Positions 54,973 through 64,000 of a DNA stretch of 64,000 bases are shown one piece after another. The notes under the pieces are model-generated. The model was given only the letters and a program-made list of their open reading frames with translations, made no database searches and was not told the DNA's origin. This DNA is from Geosiphon pyriformis uo1 (Eukaryota; Fungi; Glomeromycota), in NCBI GenBank assembly GCA_016748015.1, contig JAAOMT010000534.1:189428-253427 (forward strand), read 5' to 3'. The stretch's first letter is position 1. Every line of letters begins with the position of its first letter. The position numbers and the translations under genes were made by a program.

Positions 54973-56464
54973 ATGTCATCCCAACAACACTTTAACGCTT
55001 TGTCTAATGATTTCGGGAATTTATTAAACACTCGGAAGTTCTCTGATGTTAGAATTATAGTTGGCGAAGCACCCGATATCAGAACTTTTCATGCTCATTC
55101 GCAAATTTTAGCAGCAAGATCACCATATTTTACTGTAGCTCTCTCTGGCAATTGGATTAAAAGGGAAGATAACGCCATTATCTTCGCTAAACCTAATATT
55201 TCACCTGAAATTTTTGAAATAATTCTCAGGTAAGGATTTTCATTTGCTTCAAAGTATTTTACAAATATAAATTCATATGTTTTATTTCCCGCACAGATAT
55301 ATTTATAATGGCGTGATTTCTCTTGATAAATATGGAGTACCTACCATTTTAGAATTGCTTGTTACCGCTGACGAGCTTATTCTAGAGAATTTTATTGATT
55401 CCCTTGAAGACTATTTGATTAAACACCATGCAAAAGACCTAAAAGAAAATTTCGCCACTTTGCAAAAAACTTCATTTATGCATGCTTCTTTCAAAAAGTT
55501 ACAAAAATTCTGCACCGATATAGCCGCTAACAATCCAGCTATAGTCTTCAACTCGCAAGATTTTACCTCCCTTAGTGAAAATGCTCTTTCCTCAATGTTA
55601 ACCCGGGATGACCTAAATATAGAAGAATCTAAGATATGGGAAAAGATTGTGGAATGGGGAGTTGCTAAATTAGATACAAATATTCAGATGAAAGAAGTTC
55701 TTAACTGGACAGATGAAGGCTTTAACGCCTTTAAGGAATCCATTAAAGGACTTCTACCTTTAATCCGCTTCTTTAACATATCTTCAGTTAACTTCTATCA
55801 CAAAGTAAAACCATTTGCGAGAATCTTACCTGGAACTTTATACGAAGATCTTTTACATCACTATCTCGTACCGGGTAGTCATCAAGAGTCTGTAGACGCT
55901 CAGCCATTACGTTGTTCTCGAATAAATATTGATTCAAAGCTTCTTCAATCGCATAATATAAAACAGCTTGACGATTGGATTCAAGGCAAAGACGAAGATA
56001 CTCTTTTTGAAGATCAACTTGAAAATGATTTTAAATTACTACTTCGAGGCAGTCGAGACGGATTCACTCCAGCCGATTTTCATCGATTATGCGATAATAA
56101 AGGAGCAACAATTAGCGTAATCAAAGTGAAAGGAAGTGGGCAGATAATTGGCGGCTTTAACCCACAATCTTGGCACTCTCGAAATGAATATCTAAATGGA
56201 GAAAAAAGTTTTATTTTTTCCTTTGGAGATGGCCAACTTGGAAATGCTAAACTTAGCAAATTTGTTGGCAAATGGGGACCTTATGGTGGGCTAAATCTTG
56301 GACCCCATTTCGGAAGATTCAATATTGGCTTGTATGGCGATGATCAAAGGTGCCTTTGTAAAAAGACAACAGATTATGAGCATGATATAATGCCTGAGCT
56401 AGAAAACCAACTGGTGAATTTATTTGTCGAGGAGTATGAAGTTTTTCAAATCATAAAAAGATAA
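54973..56464 (+). CDS. BTB/POZ-BACK-TLDc protein, copy D (intact, 2 exons, ~474 aa)
   Basis: Same domains as copy A; intron 55230-55296. Protein identical to A up to ...DAQPLR, TLDc diverged. Confidence 0.92.
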
Positions 56465-57159
56465 ATTCACTTTTATTTAATTTAATTATATATTTTTTGA
56501 AGGTTGTGCTCTCTATGTTAGAAATTTTCATTTGGCGTATATTCTATAGCTTACTATTTTAAGCTCCACAATAAAGTTAAAAAAATATTCTTTTATCTAT
56601 TTTAACATTAAAAAAGCTTTAGAACTTATAAATCCCTTCAATAAAAGTAATCTTTGAAGTTTAGGTTTTTATCAAAGGCTAAAACCGTAAAACGCTCTTT
56701 AGCTGAATAGAATTATAAATACAACTTTTATGTTTCCCTGCTAATCAAAATTATAAACTTTAGATACTGTTTTGGTTTTTTACTGGCAATAAAATTAAAA
56801 AATACGCTTTCGTAAATGTTCAATAAGGTGAAGGTTTTCAATTAAAATATAACTTCAACTTCGAGACACTAACTTTTTAATAAATAGATTGTTCTAAACA
56901 ATATATTTAAAATGGATAGGATTCCCAATAAACTCGAGATACCTAATTTTGTTTATTTAATGTTATTTTATTTAGAAATTAAAAAGGTTTCTCATTTTTT
57001 GTTAATTGAAATTAAAATTCCCAATATTTAAAAAAGATGCATTCCAAAATATTTTTAAATTATCAATAATGTTGTATATTTTTTGCTGTGTTCCCTCAGA
57101 ATTTTCAGTTTGCATTTGAAAAGAAATTTTCTTGTTTCAAACTTAAGAATAATAAATAA

Positions 57160-57181
57160 TTGATTGATTGATTGATTGATT
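57160..57181 (+). repeat. (TTGA)n microsatellite
   Basis: ttgattgattgattgattgatt read directly. Confidence 0.8.
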
Positions 57182-57808
57182 AATAATTTCAATTAAAAAT
57201 GATTTAAAAATCCTTTTGGAATTTATAAAAATAAAATAAAAAGTTTATTCTTAAAATTCAATTGTTTATTATAATATTTTACAACAAAATTTAATGAAAC
57301 TATAACATTTAAAAGTATATAATTAATTTTTAATATATTAATATATGTTAAAAAACCAAATTCATGTATAAAAAAAAAGAACAAACATAAAGATATAAGT
57401 TAATCAGTGAAAAAATTTTAAATTAGTTTTGGTTATCAAAAGTAAGTTTAGAAAAATTACTTTAATTTCAATTGGACAATTGATGGTAATTCAACGTATT
57501 TACCAGTTGACTGAGTGGTTATCGACCATTCAAAATTATGCTTGGGGCGCATCGCATATTCTTGATTTAGTTATTTTCAAAACATATCCACAAAACCTGT
57601 ATCAAAAACATAAAGAACCGTGAGGCAGAAATTCCTTATGAGAGTTAATTGGGGTACTTGCACGGTAAGTGCTATTGTGGCCGCTTCCAAAGTAAAAATT
57701 TAAATATCTTGATCGACTCTATTTGTTCAATAGGGAATTGTAGATAGTGATTCAAGAGTCGGCACTCTCCTTCTAATTGATTTTTTCAAACCAAACAATT
57801 CTTAAAAG

Positions 57809-60157
57809 ATGAAACAACCATTTTTAGCAATCTCAAAACAGAATATTTCCAAATTATTTTTGAATCCTAAGAAGCTTCGTTATAATAGAATTAAGCCATC
57901 AATTACGTCCAATTTTGCAAACCCTTGCGCGATTCACACTATCAAAAATTTCACCAAAATAGATTTTCCAACTCCGAGTCAAGTCCTTGAGAATAGCAAT
58001 GAACTATTAGATTGCTTCCAAAACATTCGGTTTAAAGATCTTCATTTTTGGCATACAGCACCAATCAGTGCAGTAAAACAAGCAAGAAGGGAAGATGTGT
58101 ATGGAAGACTTGTAGCCTTGACTGATAAATCACCGACAAATATTATTTCAAAGGTTGCTCGGGAAAATGCTATCAAGGCCACACAGAAAAGGCTTTTACA
58201 GGTCGGATTTTTTGCCATTTGTATTAAATTGAACTCGCTAATTTATCATTAACATTTCAAGAATGTCTATACCCTATTTTACAAGATATCCTTTATCTGC
58301 CGCCAGCAAAATAAAAAATTTACTGATCCTGAATTTGATATTGGAAATGATCCATTTCATGCATTGTATAAACGTGGCGATAAAAAAGTGGATGGTGAAA
58401 AAGTAGCTTTTGCATCAACGAAACGAATAACAGAGTTTTTGCCTGATCACCAATTTTTTATAAATGGAGATGAACATGGTGATGTCAAACAAGGCATGCA
58501 TCTAATTGTTTGAAGGATATCTGAAGTGGGAAGAATTTAAAATTTAAAATTCACCTTTGACTTTGCAATTCCCCAAAAAGGCTCAATTGGTGATTGTTGG
58601 TTTTTGGCCGCACTCGCTGCTGGAGCTGATGTTCCTGGCTTGATTGAGTCAACTTGCGTGGCTCGAGATGAAGATTTCGGGGCAAGTAACTTGGCCAAGA
58701 TTTTACTGTCAAACCTTATGATTTATTGCATCATAAATTAATGCTCTCCATAATTGCAAATCCTATTAGGCTTATGGTTTTGTTTTCTATAAGGTAACTC
58801 ACAATTGCAGCTTTAGAATTAGTTGATTCATTTTATTTACTTTTTAGACATTTATAGGATGGGAATTGGATACCAGTGATAATTGATGACCAAGTGTTTC
58901 TGAATGAAGATGGGAACCTGTTGTTTTCGAAAGTATAATAATTTTAATATAGAAAAACGATTTTCATATTCAACTGTTCATTTAAATTCTTTATTTCATT
59001 CATTAGAAAATCGAAAGACAAAAACGAAACTTGGGTGCCACTACTTGAGAAAGCTTATGCCAAATTAAATGGGGATTATGAAAGTATAGATGGTGGTTGG
59101 CCAGGCGAAGGCAAGCACTAAATTGATTGCTGTCAACATTTATTTATTAATCCCTAAGACCCATGAATTCTTCAGCTCTAGAAGACTTAAGTGGAGGAAT
59201 TTCAACCTCATACTGGGGCCAACAAATTAAAGACACCGAAAAATTCTGGAAAGAGCTATCAAAACCAAAGAGCGACGTCGCGTTTGGATGTGCTCATTTT
59301 CCGCAGAGGGGAGATAAAAAACTTGGTCTCGTTGGTGGTCATGCCTACAGTATAATTCGAGCAGTTGAACTGGATGGAAATCGATTATTAGAAATTCGAA
59401 ATCCCTGGGGCCAGCATGAATGGAAAGGTTCGTCTATATATATGGGCACCGAGTTCGGAAAATGTTATTTTAATTCCTAAATTATTCATTTATATTTACT
59501 TTTTTTTATTTTTCAAAAGGTGCCTGGAAAGATGGGGGCCAAGAATGGAAACCAGAATACCTTGCTCAACTCAACTATTCATTTGAAAATGATGGTTCCT
59601 TCTTCATGGATTTCGACAGTTTCCTCAAACATTATCAAGCTATTGATAAGTGTGAATTTTACAGGGAGCAATGGCGAGTTCATTCACATTGGATAAAATA
59701 CACGGACGAATCAAAGACAAATCAGAAATTTATTATCGAGCTGAAGGATATTCAAAACGATTTGAAAATTGTTTTGCAGCAACCTGATCCTAGGTATTCG
59801 GGCAAAAACTATAATAAACAAGGGTAAAACTTAGCTTTACCGTCCTTATCATATCGGTTTGCATTCGGCTAATAAACATGACTAACTATATTTTTGAAAT
59901 TTTTCATAAGATTCAATCTTAAGTTTACATTGGTCGATACTAAGACAAAAATGGCCATATCAAGTCCAGAAGAATATTATTGGAAACGAAGCACAAATCT
60001 TGGAATCACTTTGCCAGCTGGAGTCTACGAAATCATTCCAGAACCCAAGAAGGTTCGAAATCGGGAATGGAATAAGGAGAAAATTGATGAGGATTTTGAT
60101 ACCTTAATGGGGCTCAAGATTTTCACTGGTAGCAATATTGACCTTGGGGTTTTATGA
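57809..60157 (+). CDS. Calpain-family cysteine protease (peptidase C2), 9 exons
   Basis: KFTDPEF; DVKQGSIGDCWFLAALA (Cys); WIPVIIDD; ETWVPLLEKAYAKLNGDYESIDGG; ALEDLSGG; GHAYS (His); IRNPWG (Asn); DGSFFMDF; domain III-like C-terminus. Confidence 0.92.
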
Positions 60158-61407
60158 TTTTTAAATCTCAATATCAGTTCGCGCGCGAAAGCTTTTAAGA
60201 TTTTTTGTTACCTTCATTCTTTATTATAGCTAAAAATTGTATTTATTAGCCTCAATTTTTACAGGCTTTCAAAATAAACCCTTCAGAGTGACTGAAATAA
60301 AGCGTAGCTAACATATTTTTTGACACTTTTTCTCTCCTTTACATTATTTTGCCCATAAAACTGTCATTTCGCTCTTAAAGCTTTTGTTTCCAAATTGCAC
60401 AGGACATTTATAAAGATAAGCTCTTGTTTCTATCTCTTTTTTTGTTTCGATGCATCTTGCTTTTCTTTTGTTTCAATTCTTCTCACTGCTGCTCAGGCTT
60501 CCTTTATGCCTCGTGGACTATTTGTTGTTGGGACTGCAAAGGTAAAATCCTAACATTTTGTTTACAAGGTGGTGTACGCCTTTATGATTTTTCCAACGTC
60601 ATAGAGCCTGCACCATATCACCTTTACTACCCGCTTTAACAACAAACCATCATTGACAAAGCCAAAAAAATACATTTATGCATGTATTTCAGAATAGCTT
60701 TTTCTCACCAAATGCGTTCAACATCGAGTTCATCTTTAAATAATTTCAAAAAATCTGTTTTATATACTATATCGAAATAATTTAAGTTGTTTATTTATAG
60801 GAATAGATTATGTCAGTTCATATAAATAAAAATTAATTTCAACTTTTAAAGCAAAAAGTAATACTTTAAAGATGATTTTAAGTAACTGGGAACCTCACTC
60901 TTTCATATTTTACACCTGGAGAATGATTCAAAGAATTTTATTAATGTGTAATTTTTTAATATCATTCATATTTTCAATATTCAGCCTACAAGAATAAGAG
61001 CTTTGTGATATCAATTATTAATCTTTCTTAAATAGCTGGACTAGAATGCCTTCTTAACTTAAATAACTATTGTTTATTTGAAGTGACTGATTAATGCGTA
61101 GATAAAAAAAAGCTTTATTTAATTTAAAGGTAATAAAATTTCAATTAGCCTAATTAATAAAAAATCCTTTATTTTTGCCATCTAAACTCTCTGCTTTCTA
61201 AATTTCCATAATACAGAATAGCGTAAAAAACTGACACTTAGAAAGGAATATTGCAATTATAAACCTCAAAATGTGAATTTAGGCTATTCTTGATTGAAGC
61301 TTACCGATTAGAAAAATATTAAAAATTTAAAATATTGGAATTTAAAAAATTCATCCCTGAATATTAAATCCAAATACATATATTGATACATGTATTTGCT
61401 AATCGAA

Positions 61408-61905
61408 TTAATGTATTTGAATATTCCCAACGAACATATTATCATATTCTTCCATTTCAAGTTCACAAACAAGGTTTCCTTTTTTGCACCCACAACATTG
61501 GTATTCACAATTCGAATTGTTGAGAAAGCATTCAAAACTTGGGAAACTAAAATAATCCACTAAATTGTCTTCTAAAGTGTTTTGTGAAGATGTGGTGCAA
61601 TTCCCGCTACTTTCATTACTTTCTGATCGATTTAAATTCAAATTGAGATTATGTTTAAAGTCAACTACGGTTGAACCTTTGCGAAACTGCTCACAATTTG
61701 ATAAGGTAGGCCTAATTTGTCCCAATGAGCGTGTTTTTGTAGCTAATGGGGAATAAGAAAATTTTGTAATTCGATGTGTTGTGTGATTACATGCGGATTT
61801 TTGTGTTTGAGATGTTGGTACAATTTTTGAAGAACTTGTACCATATAAAATTGATTCGTTACGATTTCCCATTTGGAATATTTGAAGGAGAATTGCTTTC
61901 ATCAT
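61408..61905 (-). CDS. Hypothetical Ser/Thr/Asn-rich protein
   Basis: 165-aa ATG-initiated ORF with coding-like GC in AT-rich flanks; no domain recognised. Confidence 0.5.
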   Translation of the reverse strand: MMKAILLQIFQMGNRNESILYGTSSSKIVPTSQTQKSACNHTTHRITKFSYSPLATKTRSLGQIRPTLSNCEQFRKGSTVVDFKHNLNLNLNRSESNESSGNCTTSSQNTLEDNLVDYFSFPSFECFLNNSNCEYQCCGCKKGNLVCELEMEEYDNMFVGNIQIH

Positions 61906-62750
61906 AAAACTTTAAAAAGTTATTTTAGTGTAAATGTGTTCGTGCAGATTAAATAGTTAAGTTTTATTTTCATCCCTCTCGTAAAAATTTTTACACATAA
62001 TATAAAAAGCAGGAAATAAAATCTACCTTGACTTATATAATTAAATTGTATAAAGCTCTGTGAAATGTAATATTGAAGCATTAAAAATTAAGTTTTGAAA
62101 AGGAGTTAGTTTCTTAAGAAATAATGTGCAATAAATCTGAACTTGGGTAGCCTATAGTCGAGATTTTAAATTGATTTTTTTATGATATTTATCATATTTT
62201 TTGCATCAATCAAAGTTTGCGCGAAAGGTATGGCAAGCTCTTCAACCTCGATAAAGTGGATACTAATATTGCTTTTCTTAATTATATCCTAACTAAAATT
62301 TATTTTTAAATTTTTAAAGCTTTAGAAAATGTAGAAGAATAAAAAACAGAATAAAGGAAGGAAAAGATTTACCTTCATTGATGAATTTTCTTTGTCAAAC
62401 TGGCCCTGAATAATCATTTTAACTATAGACTAAGATAAAATTTAAGTGAATAGTGTAAAAAAACGCAGTCAGAGTTTGTTAAAATTTAATAATTAAAGAG
62501 ACGTCTTTTTGGTAAAGTTTCTAAAACTATTCGAGGGTATATTTTATTGAAAGAAAATACCTTTCAATATCGTTTCTAATCATATGAATTTGAAAAATTC
62601 AAAAAAAAATTTCTAAAGGATTTGGCAAGTTTTTATCCGGGTGTTCAACTTGATGGGCTTCAAATTAACAATGAACTTTTTCTTAAAAAAAAAAATAACT
62701 AAGTAAAAAGGGACCAAAATCTCGTCTTCAAATTGGAGCCCCGTAGTCTA

Positions 62751-63416
62751 TTATAATCGTAAGTATCCATTAACGTTGTTATCTTCCTCGATTTGCGATT
62801 CATATTTACGATACAATTCCATAGTGGCACGAGCATCTTCCACAGAATCATGTGCATTTTCCTGAATTTTAATGCCAAGTATTTCTTTAGCAAGGAATTT
62901 CAATGATGGATATCGTCCGACTCTAGACATTTTACGGAAATTTTTGTAAAGTTGAATATTTCTTGTAAGGATCATTGGGTGTCTAATTTCCAAGACCTTT
63001 ATAAATATGACATTTAAATATTATGAATTTTGCGTATGAGCGTTTATAAATATTACAACCATTACCTTCAAGTCATGCTGAAGAGCAAATCCGATGAGAA
63101 TACGATCCTTCAAAAGATTTTCAACTTGAATTTTGACCTCATCGAATAGAGGAGCTATTAAAATGAAAGGGTTATCAAAGAATGGCCGAATTTTATAGGG
63201 CGACTTGAGAATTCGTGGCAATAATAATTACCTGATTCGAGCAGCTCAGGAGTAACTCCACTGAATGGAGTACGATAATCAGTAACTTCATTTTTTGGTT
63301 TAACAAATGTATCTAACACCGTCTTGCCCTCGTAGTCGACAATACTCACACGAGCTAAAGCATTTTTCTTTGCTTTAGGGCCTATCCCAACCATTTCACA
63401 ATCAAGAGCAAGGAGC
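62751..63416 (-). CDS. REX4: REX4-like DEDDh 3'-5' RNA exonuclease (catalytic exons; 5' exons up to ~63832 unresolved)
   Basis: LALDCEMVG, ALARVSIVD, VTDYRT..SG, LKDRILIG..LQHDLKVL, PSLKFLA, HDSVEDARATMELY across three in-phase exons. Confidence 0.82.
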
Positions 63417-64000
63417 CTATTTTTATCTTGAAACTTGAGGTGAATTGAAAAAAAGATTCTTTAAAGCGATGTTGAAAATCAAGTAGGCTTGACTTTCTTT
63501 ATTTCCGAAATTTTTTTATTAAATTTTAGTCAATTTCATTTGTTGGTTTCTCAAACCCTATTATTTTTTATTCGTTCTTCCCAGTTTTTTTTTCGTCATT
63601 TCTCTTTGATTGAGATATTGTAAATACTTCACAGACTAAAAAATATATGCTTTTGTATCTCATTGCTCTTTCTTCCCTTTCCAGTTTTCTCGATCATTTT
63701 TCTTCATTTTCCCATTTCTCTTTTAAAATTTGATATTTGATATAACACTTAAGTTTCAAAAAGATATTCAATTTAACTTACTACTGTTTGGTTAGAACCG
63801 CTCGAGATATCGTTTTGACGAAGAGTATTCATGTCATAAGTTGTTAAATTTTATTCAAATATTAGAGATATCTATTGCTTCTACGAGAGGTATTTTATAT
63901 TGGAAATTGGACATATACAGAAAGCTTTTAAATTGAAATTACAAAGCAAAACTAAATGTCAATTCAAAAAATTTTCTTCTAAATTTTCCTGCAGAAGTAA

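Noticed and set aside
22078-55911. Idea that the palindrome is the symmetry centre of the large BTB inverted repeat
   Set aside because: The repeat midpoint is ~38995, not 36410, and the intervening DNA is not mirror-symmetric
58286-58294. ATATCCTTT matching a U12 (AT-AC) donor
   Set aside because: Lies in an open, conserved calpain exon (KISFICRQQNKKFTDPEF); no intron is needed

Overview
Eukaryotic, intron-rich, very AT-rich fungal nuclear DNA. The gene content (BTB-BACK-TLDc adaptors, tyrosine-kinase-like kinases with HRDLHSGN, Sel1 repeats, class-3 lipase-like genes) points to Glomeromycotina; an Archaeosporales/Geosiphon-like source is my inference. Positions 1-21 kb are mostly hyper-AT decayed transposon DNA, including a Ty3/Gypsy integrase-chromodomain relic, with one or two small genes. 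Positions 21-39 kb form an accessory cluster in which BTB-TLDc(-), kinase(-) and serine-less lipase(+) occur twice in the same order. That cluster also holds a complete hAT transposon with TIRs and an 8-bp TSD, and a spacer-less 470-bp palindrome built from the 3' end of a spliced N/G-rich gene. Positions 41-64 kb are gene-rich: a GPI-anchored glycoside-hydrolase-like protein, an internally deleted Fanzor2/TnpB relic just upstream of bioDA (BIO3-BIO1), a Sel1 protein, a second intact BTB-TLDc gene, a calpain and a REX4-like exonuclease. The second BTB-TLDc gene forms an inverted repeat with the first, with about 1 kb apparently identical but divergent TLDc domains. The calpain seems to use three GC-AG introns and possibly one GA-AG intron. 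All gene models were spliced by eye and no searches were run.
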